A DNA stretch of 63,615 bases, filler included, from Octopus bimaculoides (Eukaryota), in the NCBI RefSeq assembly GCF_001194135.2. It is 7 parts of 5 records of this genome, joined end to end, with 100 filler letters (N's around TTAATTAATTAA, not from the genome) between each part and the next. Parts side by side here need not be neighbours in the genome. Positions count along the whole stretch, not along the records: positions 25,194 to 28,005 come from NC_068999.1; positions 28,106 to 42,072 come from NC_068982.1; 5 more parts are not named here. One strand, 5' to 3'. Below, in pieces: positions 27,786 to 39,712 of this stretch. Numbering within the stretch: position 1 is the stretch's first letter; each line of letters opens with the position of its first letter. Both the position numbers and the translations under genes were made by a program. The notes beneath the pieces were generated by a model. The model saw nothing but the letters and a program-made list of their open reading frames with translations, did no database searches and was not told the origin of the DNA.

Positions 27786-28005
27786 CATCATCATCATCAT
27801 CATCGTTTAACGTCCGCTTTCCATGCTAGCATGGGTTGGACGATTTGACTGAGGACTGGTGAAACCGGATGGCAACACCAGGCTCCAGTCCGATTTGGCA
27901 GAGTTTCTACAGCTGGATGCCCTTCCTAACGCCAACCACTCAGAGAGTGTAGTGGGTGCTTTTACGTGTCACCCGCACGAAAACGGCCACGCTCGAAATG
28001 GTGTC
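27786..28005 (-). mobile_element. Repeat family C with (GAT)n tail, young copy
   Basis: catcatcgtttaacgtccgctttccatgctagcatgggttggacg...; three mismatches over ~200 bp against the inverted copy at 25194-25402. Older copies at 32071-32430, 57020-57152, 58100-58240 and 58262-58536. Confidence 0.88.
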
Positions 28006-28178
28006 NNNNNNNNNNNNNNNNNNNNNNNNNNNNNNNNNNNNNNNNNNNNTTAATTAATTAANNNNNNNNNNNNNNNNNNNNNNNNNNNNNNNNNNNNNNN
28101 NNNNNGCGTAATGATGCTTAACAAGCATCTACCTGCTAGAAATAAGAGCTAAAGTCTTAAAATAATCCATATATATAT

Positions 28179-28249
<71 letters not shown>

Positions 28250-28336
28250 TGTATACCTTCATCTGATTGTCTTGCTTAAATCATTCATTTCAATAGTGAA
28301 CTGTATATAAGAATCTGTGTATCATATTTAAAGCAG

Positions 28337-28499
28337 ATACGTGATTGGAAATTGCATCTCTTATAACCGTACAGTGTTAAAAGAAATGCAAAAATATATC
28401 AGTAGCAGAGGAAAATCTTCCACTGGCGGTGATGACATTGGTGAATGCACGTTTATGCCTCTTTGGGCTTCATCTTTTGCAAGTATCTGCAGTGCATCT
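28337..28499 (+). CDS. Candidate upstream exon of the CBM14-protease gene
   Basis: Good donor TCT|GTAAGA at 28500 is phase 0 in the frame of ORF 28341-28565 (...MPLWASSFASICSAS), compatible with the phase-0 CBM14 exon across a 155-bp intron. No homology support. Confidence 0.3.
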
Positions 28500-28654
28500 G
28501 TAAGAGATACTATCTCGGAACGAATACTGCAGTTAATTAGGCCTTCAATGATGTATCTGCTTTAAATATGATACACAGATTGTTGATTTAAACTAATACT
28601 GCTTCTGGCGCACATAACGAAATATATTTATATATATATATATATTATTTACAG

Positions 28655-28967
28655 GAGCCGTGTTATGGCAACAGTTATGTAATCTATCGACAGGATCCGA
28701 ATCAGTGTGGCCGATATCATTTATGCATCCGCAGTAAATCTATGAAAATCCAGTTTTGTCCTCCGGACCAAACATGGTCGGATGAAGAGCAAAGATGTGA
28801 ATTAATTGGCGACTATCCGGACTCCTGTTATCAGTGGTCAACTAGTGTTTCTAACCATTTTCTCATTACGACACCAACGTTTGGCTGGACGACGCGATAC
28901 AAAGGACGAACGGATATGGTGGAGAGGAGCACCCACAAAACTCCATCCTCGACAAATAAGGACCCGG
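28655..28967 (+). CDS. Exon encoding a chitin-binding type-2 (peritrophin-A/CBM14) domain plus Ser/Thr-rich linker, part of a modular serine protease
   Basis: Bounded by tttacag| and |gtaggt. Reads EPCYGNSYVIYRQDPNQCGRYHLCIRSKSMKIQFCPPDQTWSDEEQRCELIGDYPDSCYQWSTSVSNHFLITTPTFGWTTRYKGRTDMVERSTHKTPSSTNKDP. Cys spacing C-x14-C-x5-C-x10-C-x12-C-x9-C fits the peritrophin-A consensus, with aromatics in GRYHL and QTWSD. Ends in phase 1, matching the 32883 exon. Confidence 0.9.
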
Positions 28968-29000
28968 GTAGGTTTACACTGTGTTATGATATTTAAATGT

Positions 29001-29382
29001 GGAGGCGCAATGGCCCAGTGGTTAGGGCAGCGGACTCGCGGTCATAAGATCGCGGTTTCGATTCCCAGACCGGGCGTTGTGAGTGTTTATTGAGCGAAAA
29101 CACCTGAAGCCCCACGAGGCTCCGGCAGGGGATGGTGGCGAACCCTGCTGTACTCTTCCACCACTACTTTCTCTCACTCTTTCTTCCTGTTTCTGTTGTG
29201 CCTGTAATTCAAAGGGTCAGCCTTGTCACACTGTGTCACGCTGAATATCCCCGAGAACTGCGTTAAGGGTACACGTGTCTGTGGAGTGCTCAGCCACTTG
29301 CACGTTAATTTCACGAGCAGGCTGTTCCGTTGATCGGATCAACTGGAACCCTCGACGTCGTAAGCGACGGAGTGCCAATAAC
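29001..29382 (+). mobile_element. tRNA-derived SINE, family A (~385 bp, young)
   Basis: A box TGGCCCAGTGG (29011-29021), B box GGTTTCGATTCCC (29054-29066) and an (AAC)-type tail. Near-identical inverted copies at 23687-24072 and 59311-59698. Confidence 0.92.
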
Positions 29383-31284
29383 ATGATATTTAAAATGTGT
29401 TGTTTAATTAGAATATGATATCGCTTTACATGTTCGTACATCACGCACACACACACACATATATACACACACACTTATATACTTACACACAAACACACAC
29501 ACATATGTATGAATGCATGTATATATGTATACATATAGAAACAAACGATATAAACACGAGCGCACATAAACTGACCTGCGTGTAGACATGCTTCCCTACA
29601 CATACATAGATTAAAACACGTGCGTGTACCCACATAAAATACACAAACACAAAGGCGCGTGCGAATAAATTCACAAATATATGCTTGTAAATGTTAACAA
29701 ACGTTAACATCGATGTTCATCTTTTTAACGAAGCTCTGATCACCGTACTTGTGCAAACACATGCATACTCACAAACCTTCGGGCACATTTATACAAATAA
29801 CTTTCTCTTCTGTTTCTTTCCGCATTTTACCTTTGTTAGACATCATGGCTAACATTTTAATATCCGCCGTCATCTTACGTAACTGGATTTTTTTTGTTCT
29901 ACACGAAACTCCTTTATGAGTAATGGATTCGTTGGACTAACTTCTCAAGTAAAGCTGTATAAAGCTAAATTCAAAGTGAAACTAAAAACTGAAAATAAAT
30001 TCTAAATTCAAGTCCTTTTCCATTTATTTTTTATTTCTTGCAAATTATTAAAATTCTTGAACATATTCATGTTTTTTTTAATATTCTATTGTTTGTGTTA
30101 GCTCATATTTAAATATAATTTTTGACTACTAGTGCAGTTGTAGTAAAGAATGCTTAATCCAGAACATCGGTGGTTCAATTCATATAACAAGACCACTAAC
30201 AGTAAACTATCTTCTTTAAAAAGAAACAAAAAATAAAAAAACAAGCTGCATTTTTAGTGGCATATTTTTTTTGGTTATACTCAGGACTCTGAGCTTCCTG
30301 ACATATAAATGTCATAGATACAAATCCAAATTCCTTTGTAGTGCAAAGATGGCTTTCTCTATACACTGGTTTTCAAGCTGTTTTGACTGTTTTTTTTTCA
30401 CGCACTTCCTAAGACCATACTGATGATGTAGTGACAGACGGAAAAAAAGGAATTATCCTTACCGCATGGTTTCGGGTTCTGTCCCATTGCGTAGCACCTT
30501 GGGCAAATGTTTTCTACTATAGCCTCAGGCCGACCAAAGCTTCGTGAATGGATTTGGTAGAAACTGAAAGAAGCCCGTCGTAAACACGCACGCGCGCGCG
30601 CATACGCACGCACGCACACGCACACACACGTGTGTGTGCCTTTGTGTCGGTGTCTGTTCCCCCATCACCGCTTGACAACTGGTGTTGGTGTGTTTACGTC
30701 CCTATAACTTGGCGGTTCGGCAAAAACAATCGACAGGATAAGTACTAGGCTAAAAAAAAATGAATCCTGGGGTCGATTTGTTCGACTAAAACCCTTCAAT
30801 GCGGTGCTCCAACATGTCCGCAGTCAAATGACTGGAACAAGGAAAAGAATAAAAAAGTATAAGAATAAACGCTAGCAAGCGAAGGGCTACGTAACAGATT
30901 TCTATACAGTGAGGACAACGTAGAGATGTTAGCTAGGCATCTGTGGAAGACAACGTTTTCCTGAAAAAACCAAAAAACAAAACCAAAAAAACCCCCCAGA
31001 ACAAAACAAATGTTTTAAGCAATAAATACATATCTAACAAAAACAATACGAAAAGCGAGCATCGGTGAGCGATCCACTCGTAAAGAAATAACAGTCTCAA
31101 CATAGTTTGAATGTGATATTTATTTGTAAATAAAAATCGTTATAAATTTAACGACATAAATACACGCTTTGCATATTAACGTTAACAGTTCATTCTAATA
31201 ATGTATAACGCGTGGCAGTGTGATAAGTGTGTTTACACACATATGCATACGTATATGCAAACACATACACACACATCTATATCT

Positions 31285-31610
<326 letters not shown>

Positions 31611-32725
31611 ACGCACATACACACACATATATGTGCATACAAACGTATATACGGGAAAATACACACACACATACACAGACACACAGACACACATACATAC
31701 ATACATGCATACATACATACATACATACATACATACATACATACATACATACATACACATATACATACATATATGTGTGTAACTGTTAGCTGAGTATAAC
31801 TTATGTTTACAATTAAAAAAAAAAAAATTCTATAAACTAGAAACTTAAAATTGATACCCTAGATAGAAAATGTAAACCTATTAATATTAAAATGTTGAAA
31901 CAAGTCTGAAAGTCTGACATGTAATATACACAAAGTATGTGCTGATAGGTATAATAAAGTCATTATTTATATCTATCTATCTGTCTGTTTATCAGTCTGT
32001 TTGCCTGTCGTCTGTCTGTCTGTCGTCTGTCTGTCTGTCTGTCTGTCTGTTTGTACTGTAATGTATTATATCATCACCATCATCGTTTAATGTCCGCCTT
32101 CCATGCTAGCATGGGTTGTACGATTTGGCTGAGGACTGGCGAACCAGATGGCTGCACCAGGTTCCAATCTGATCTGGCAGAGTTTCTACAGCTGGATGCC
32201 CTTCCTAACGCCAACCACTCCGAGAGTGTAGTGGGTGCTTTTACGTGCCACCGGCATGAAGGCCAGTCAGGCGGTACTGGCAACGGCCACGCTCAAAATG
32301 GTGTTTTTTACGTGCCACCTGCACAGGAGCCAGTCCAGCAGCACAGGCAACGACCTCGCTCGAATGTTTTTTCATGTGCCACTGGCACAAGTGCTAGTAA
32401 GGCGACGCTGGTAATGATCACGCTCAAATCTCGGATGTAGAAGACCTGTCGCTGTGGAAATAGTCCTGGGAGAAAAAATCTCACAGACGATATGTGTAAT
32501 AACACTTTGTCTGACTCCAGATTTTTTAATATATATATTATCTGGTGCACATGCATAGTGTATGTGTTTTGTTTATATGCCAAATTTAGTGTGGGATAGT
32601 GTCCTGGGAAAGCCCCCTACACGACACTGAATGTTAAAAAACACCAATTGTCCCAGATCAGGCGAAAGCATGTATTATTTTCTTTGTCTATGCATGCATG
32701 CTTGTATATCTTCCGTGTGTGAGCA

Positions 32726-32802
<77 letters not shown>

Positions 32803-32882
32803 ATCTATCTAAGAAAAATGCATTCTTCTTAAGACTGATTATGAAATTAAAAATATGCAATGTCTTTCAATCTTTTTCTCAG

Positions 32883-33069
32883 ACTCTGATTGGTTTCAGT
32901 GTGAGCCTCGTGTTTCTTCTTATATTGTTGGTGGTCTGGCAGCGACCGATGGACAGTGGCCATGGCAAGTTATGCTCAAAGGGAAACTGAACTCAAGCCA
33001 TACAACCCAATGTGGTGGAGTACTCATTAGTCCTAAATGGATTCTTACAGCTGCACATTGCGTTTACAG
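32883..33069 (+). CDS. Exon of a trypsin-family (S1A) serine protease: activation peptide, IVGG N-terminus and catalytic His
   Basis: Bounded by tttttctcag| and |gtaaaa. Reads (D)[61 protein letters not shown], containing IVGG, WPWQV, CGG and TAAHC. The phase-2 intron just after the His motif is typical of S1A genes. Confidence 0.95.
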
Positions 33070-34854
33070 GTAAAACAAATTCCCCTTATCAATTTTATTT
33101 AACTGTTATATCTATAAAACTCTCAAAAAATAATTTATATGGTCATAGTACACTTTCTTGAAAACGTATCTTATTTTTTATCTTAGAAAGTTAGAGAACG
33201 ATTAGTATTTTTTTAGTTCTGTTGAATGAGCACCCACAGGAGAATTTCAAAAAATCTTTTGTAATTTGGTATGCGCAATTAAAGAACTATTAAATCAAAA
33301 TAGTCATCTATGTATCATACTTAATGTATATACACAGTCGACAAGCAAGATACTGCGGTTTTCGTCAGAGATAAAACCTCTTATAGACATGCGTGTTAAA
33401 GACACGATATATATCGGAGGGACTCGAAAAATCGTCCGGCAGTTGCTAATGAGAAAAATCTAGAGGCATTTTGGCCTTCTTATGCATTGTTAATGACGTG
33501 TACTTGCAGCTACATGCCTAGAAGAGATTTGTTGCCTCCAAAATCTAGGAAACATTGAAGAATACATTCACTGATATTGCAAATAGCCACCAGGCTGAAT
33601 AAATAATCCAGTATACGCAAAGGAAGCAGTGTTTAATTCAAATAGCGATGGTCTATGTATCATACTTTACGTATATATACTGTTGACAGGCAATATAATG
33701 CAGTGTTCGCCGAGATAAAAATCTCTCGCAGACATGCTGTGTTAAAAATACAATATATATAAGTGTGAAATGAAAAATCGTACTGGTAGCGACCACATAC
33801 CCAAATGAATTTTATCGCCTTCACAGCCGGGTGACAATCCATAACATCAGTGAATGTATTAGTTACTGTTTACTATATTTTTGAGACAACAAATTTTGTC
33901 TAGGCATGTGACTGTGAGTACACACCATTGACAAGGTTCTAGAAGGTTGAAAGGCATCTAGCATTTTTGCTAACCACAGCTAGGATGGTTTTTCGCTTCC
34001 CTGCTATATATAAAATAGTATTTTTAACACAACTCATTTATATGACATTTTATCACAGCGAAAACTGCAGCAGCTTGCCTTTCAACAGTGTATATATGTT
34101 AAATATGACGTGTAGACTGCTTTTCTTTGTAACTTGTTCATGTTCGGCGTTCTTATCACTTAATCGTGAAGTGTTTTTGTCCTTACTGTAAACCATGTTC
34201 AGTTTTTATACCTACACCGTCAGACTGAATATCATAGTGGAATCCGATGCAGATGTATTTTCGTATTCTGCTGGCTTTGATGTTATTACGAACATCTACT
34301 AATTCATTCAGGGGATTTTAAGAGACTCAGAGTGTAACATCAATAATTGAAGTTTAGATTTTATTTCAGTTTAGTGTTAGGTAAACTAGAAATGAATGGT
34401 CGGTATGTGTTTTACATTTCAGGATTGAACAAAAAGAAAAAAAAAACTTTCAGACTGTGTGGATATAAAAAAATGTTAAATGTGGAAATTATTGTCAGAG
34501 AGCTGATAATATATCAATAAATACAGTGAACTGTCAATGAAGGGGGCCTAGGTTCAATTTCCATTAGATTCTTGCTGTTTATGTATTTATACATCACTTT
34601 ATTACAAAAGAAGTTTACCGTTCAATTCTTGTTTAATTACTAAAAAGAAATAACAGAGTGACATTTATTTTAAGGATTTCTTTTATTCATTAAGTACGAG
34701 CCAAAGAAAGTGCCGTTACTTAGTCACTCAACATTTTAGAAATAGCAACCCAATCTTCTTTGCAAAACACTCTACAGGTTTAAAAATAACACATTGTTTG
34801 ATGTAGCTCATGTTAAATTGCTTTTTTTTTTTTATAACTTGGTGGATCTAGAGA

Positions 34855-35260
34855 AAATGACAGTGCTCATGGCCTTCGCACATCGGTAAGATTAATGCTA
34901 TTAATGTTCCTCTGGAAACTTTGTAAGTAAACAACCGCGGAAGAGACATGAGCCGGGAGGCAATTCCAGGGGATGATGTTCTGGAAGAGAAAGATTGGTA
35001 ATAGTGATTAGTGTAGGTTCTGGTGGGATTGGACAGAATAAGGTTGATGAAAGAAGGAAAGGCTACTGAGCTAGGAATCTCTGAGTGGATAAGGCAAGTA
35101 GAGACCATCGTAGTAGTAGTGGGAGAAAAGACAAAGAATGGAAACAACATGATATGGACGAGAAGCTGGAACATGTCTGTAAGTGACTTTATTTCAGCCA
35201 ATAGGGCGGCTCTTTTCTGGATGTGGTATAGGATGTTCGTGGGTGCATCAGGCTTAGTGA
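34855..35260 (-). mobile_element. Second CR1/L2-group LINE 3' remnant
   Basis: Reads HIQKRAALL, SILCLFSHYYY, YYQSFSSRTS and WNCLPAHV...FQRNINSINL, in the same block order as the 43831-44458 remnant. Confidence 0.6.
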
Positions 35261-36473
35261 ATTAGTATGAGTTGAAGAGACATTGGTTATCAGAGTTAAA
35301 TTAGTTTAAGAGGCTCAACCATAGGCTGAATAAAGTGCTATGATTCCCTATTTCGCCGGCAGGAAAAAAGGCCTTAATGGTTTGTGTTATATTATAAGGC
35401 TTCCATCGGGTAATGTTAATCATCACATCTGGACAAAAGTGTTTTTGGGGAAGACTATCGGTTGCCCACGTATGCCAGTCTCCCTTCTCCAGAAACATTT
35501 GTGTTTATTCAAGAGAAAGGCTGCTGACTTGGACCGCTACATCTTGGTATCAATGTCATCATAGCAGTTGCTGCCAGAAAGTAAGGAGCCTGAAACAGAT
35601 ACAAGACATCTCGCCAAAGACTCTGGCAGTGACACCAATCCACAGCCCGAGACTGTTACTCATATTATCAATATGCTATATTAAATGAAGTGTAATAGGT
35701 GCGTGGCCTAGTGATTAGAGAATTGCTCAGACGACTGTGGGTTCGATTCCCAGACCGGGTGGCGTGTTGTGTTCTTGAGCAAAACCCTTCATTTCACATT
35801 ACTTTGCGGGTGGGAGAATAGCACAATTGTTAGCATGTTGGCTGCAATGCTTTATGGTATATCTTCTGGTTCTTTACATTCTGAGTTCAAATCCCACCTG
35901 TCTGGAGAAGGCAATGGGAAACCACTCTAATATTCATCCCAAGTCAAGTCGTGGTGACTGAAGCGCTAGTAATTTAATTAACCGCAGTAGGTGAGGGTAC
36001 GAGCCCTCCCAGATTGTATAGAGAGTGCTGGAAAAGGTTCACATGCACAGGATCCTGCCCAAATGCAGACCACTGTTAGGCTAGATTAAATAAGTGTAAT
36101 TGTAAATAATAATTTCCGTTTAGGACTCGATTTTCAGATAGGAAACCAGTGAATAAATTCTTTGTTCACTGCATCCCAAGTACCTTTAAAGAGACAAGTG
36201 ATAGACATAAGAGTTACTAACTCCGTAGTTCATTTGTACTCTGAGTAAGTTTGACCTTTTTATATGTATACATATATACATTTTTTGTATTTCGTGTATC
36301 TGATATACTTTACATACATATTGATCTGTCTAATTCGCTTATCCCTACATTTACCTCTATATCCACTCAAGCTTAAATCCCTTGAGCACTACTAAGTGTA
36401 TTCTATACGGAGAATATTTGATATCACCTATGAACTATGTATGTATGTATGTGTATATGTATGTATGTATGTG

Positions 36474-36505
<32 letters not shown>

Positions 36506-36589
36506 TGTATGTATGTATGTATGTGTGTGTGTATGTGTGTGTGCATGTGTGTGTTCTATCATTAAATTGAATTTTTGTTTTCTTTAAAG

Positions 36590-36695
36590 ACCGTCTCTTC
36601 GCAATGCTGGAGCCTGGACTGTTACACTGGGTGAATATCTTATTGATAAATTGTCAGGACATGAAAAAAATATAAAACCAATCAGGATTATTAGG
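36590..36695 (+). CDS. Next exon of the same serine protease (between His57 and Asp102 regions)
   Basis: Bounded by ttttctttaaag| and |gtaagc. The phase-2 start completes AG+A=Arg. Reads RPSLRNAGAWTVTLGEYLIDKLSGHEKNIKPIRIIR, matching the S1A W-x-V-x-LGEY...HE...II pattern. Confidence 0.88.
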
Positions 36696-37016
36696 GTAAG
36701 CTGTAAATCAATTTAATTTGTATTTTATAGTTAATTACTATAACATGGGTATGCGGGTATTTGGAAAATATCTCACAGTGTGACGACCGTGCCCTGCATG
36801 GTTATGGACTGCCTTTTGACAAGGCATAACATCCATTCAACCACCCTCTCAGGGATACAGCAAAGTCATGGGACTGTAGCATGGCAGATTGTGAAGAGGT
36901 AGCAGAAGAACTCAACTGAGCTAACAGTGCTTCTTACATTTGATGCTGAGCGGAGGAATCCTTGAAGATCAATGGGCAGGAACACCAAGCTCTATCAAGA
37001 GAGTAACTGCAAGGCA

Positions 37017-37068
37017 TCCACAGCGGTGGCGTCCACAGCGGTGGCGTCCACAGCGGTGGCGTCCACAG
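37017..37068. repeat. Minisatellite, 15-bp unit x~3.5
   Basis: tccacagcggtggcg repeated exactly. Confidence 0.95.
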
Positions 37069-37559
37069 TTGAGTAATCAGCTAATGAAAGATTAACTATG
37101 ACTCAATTTCCCAATTCAAATTCTTAATAATGGAATTGGATGGTGACGGAGGGTCATGGGAATATGTAAAATACTCTGTAACACTTGAGATACAAGGATG
37201 GTTGGTGGCAGAATCGGTAGATCACCAAATGATGTACCATGAGGTACTTATTCACCCCTATTTACGTCTTGGTTTCAAATTCTGACTGGATGAATTTTGA
37301 ATTTCATTAATTCATCTTTGTTCGATAGCTCTTTTACCTTTTTAATTTTTATTTTTTACATCTTAGTTTCCGTTTTTCGTTTGCCATTGTTTACTGTTTT
37401 CATTTCCTATATGCTGCCTTCTCAGTTTTTTCGTGTTTCTTCTATTATTCAATTTCTTTAGTTCATTATGTTGCGTGGTTTGCACCTAAAGAATATGTTT
37501 GAGTTTTCTCGACATATGAAACTATTAGTAGCGCTTTAATACATGTATTGTGACCTTTA

Positions 37560-37590
<31 letters not shown>

Positions 37591-38260
37591 CAGGGGTTGG
37601 ACAAAATAATGGAAACACCTTAAAATTTCAAACAAATTAATTTTATTATGAGGTAGGACTGCTTTAGTGGTAATTACAGCTTGAATTCTATGAGGTATAG
37701 ACTGGTACAAAGTTTGAATTGTTTCCAAAGGAATTTCTATCCATTCTTCAGCTAAAACAGTCTCCAGTTCTTGTAGTGATGGTGGTGGAGGATATCGACT
37801 CCTTAGTTGTTTTTCTGAAATGCACCATAAATGTTCAATAATATTGAGATCTGGGGACTGTGGTGATCAGATAAGATGTTCAATTTCACTAGAATGTTCC
37901 TCGTGCCATTCAGTAACAACTTTAGCTGTGTGAATTGGTGCATTATCATCCTGAAAGATTGTGTTTCGCTCTGGAAACAGTTCCACAACAATAGGATGAA
38001 TTTGATCAAATAAAATGCTTAAATAGTCTTGACTATTAATTTTGCCATGAAGGGAAACCATTGGGCCAGCAGATTTCCAAGATATAGCGCCTCCCCAGAT
38101 CATCATAGATCCTCCTCCATGTTTAACAGTTGGAAGAAGGCAGTCTGGGTCAAATGCTTCTTTTGGCTGTCTCCACATGTATACTCGGCCGGTGGTCGGA
38201 AATAAGGTAAAGTATGACTCGTCCGAGAAAATAACATTCTTCCACTGCTCTAAGGACCAG
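37591..38260 (-). mobile_element. Tc1-like transposon 3' half with DD36E spacing and intact right terminal repeat
   Basis: Reads WKNVIFSDES ... FQDD-NAPIHTAKVVTEWHEEHSSEIEHLI*SPQSPDLNII-EHLW. The D codon (37947) and E codon (37836) are 111 nt apart, giving 36 intervening residues. Terminal repeat CAGGGGTTGGACAAAATAATGGAAACACC starts at 37591 after TA. Confidence 0.9.
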
Positions 38261-38507
38261 AAATTAACGTGCAAGTGGCTGAGCATTCCACAGATACGTG
38301 AACCCTTAACGTAGTTCTCAGGGAGATTCAGTGTGACACAGTGTGACAAAGCTGGCCTTTTGAAATACAGGTACTACTAATTTTTGCCAGCTGAGTGGAC
38401 TGGAGCAATGTGAAATAAAGTGTCTTATTCAAGGACACAACGTGTCGCTGGGAATTGAACTCATGACCTTATGATCGTGAGCCGAATGCCCTAACCACTA
38501 AGCCATG
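38261..38507 (-). mobile_element. Older family-A-related SINE, 3'-truncated and fused to the Tc1 remnant
   Basis: tRNA-like head plus the shared block aattaacgtgcaagtggctgagca. A related diverged copy lies at ~47273-47595 (+). Confidence 0.8.
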
Positions 38508-39057
38508 ATCTGGATTTGGTTAGGGATTTGGGCTTTGCTGTATTGTGTTAGAGCATGTAACTTAGAGATGGTCAGTGTCTGCAGGAACCAGATGGGTATT
38601 CTGTAAGAACAGTAGAAAAAATTAGAGGCATTTCTTTATTTCCAAAAGGCCCCAACCACATCAATATTAGTATTACAACATACATTTGTCTACATTTCAC
38701 GTTAGCTACTACCTACTCTCGTGTGATGGGTAAGGTGTGGTTAAATTATGCAGCGTATCAAATCGTACTGCAAGGAAGGTGGGGACTGCAGACTGAAAGC
38801 TTGCTTTGGTGTGTGGACAAAGAATGCATAGAAACATAATTGAGGGAACAGCACTATGTATGCTTATTTGTTAACATTGCTGTTCACGAATGTATGTATG
38901 AATAAATCCGATGTATTATCATACACAGAATTTTAAGTATGAGGAGAGAGTATAAGGCGTGGCCACCTACATTGTATGTGCACGCATGTATATCTATTCG
39001 TGTATATACATTCATACATCCATCCACACACACACACACAAACACACAATACAGGTA

Positions 39058-39101
<44 letters not shown>

Positions 39102-39679
39102 NNNNNNNNNNNNNNNNNNNNNNNNNNNNNNNNNNNNNNNNNNNNNNNNNNNNNNNNNNNNNNNNNNNNNNNNNNNNNNNNNNNNNNNNNNNNNNNNNNN
39201 NNNNNNNNNNNNNNNNNNNNNNNNNNNNNNNNNNNNNNNNNNNNNNNNNNNNNNNNNNNNNNNNNNNNNNNNNNNNNNNNNNNNNNNNNNNNNNNNNNNN
39301 NNNNNNNNNNNNNNNNNNNNNNNNNNNNNNNNNNNNNNNNNNNNNNNNNNNNNNNNNNNNNNNNNNNNNNNNNNNNNNNNNNNNNNNNNNNNNNNNNNNN
39401 NNNNNNNNNNNNNNNNNNNNNNNNNNNNNNNNNNNNNNNNNNNNNNNNNNNNNNNNNNNNNNNNNNNNNNNNNNNNNNNNNNNNNNNNNNNNNNNNNNNN
39501 NNNNNNNNNNNNNNNNNNNNNNNNNNNNNNNNNNNNNNNNNNNNNNNNNNNNNNNNNNNNNNNNNNNNNNNNNNNNNNNNNNNNNNNNNNNNNNNNNNNN
39601 NNNNNNNNNNNNNNNNNNNNNNNNNNNNNNNNNNNNNNNNNNNNNNNNNNNNNNNNNNNNNNNNNNNNNNNNNNNNNNN

Positions 39680-39708
<29 letters not shown>

Positions 39709-39712
<4 letters not shown>

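Noticed and set aside
29001-29075. tRNA genes at the A/B-box motifs
   Set aside because: The heads continue into shared SINE bodies present in multiple copies, and I could not fold a complete cloverleaf; they are SINE heads.
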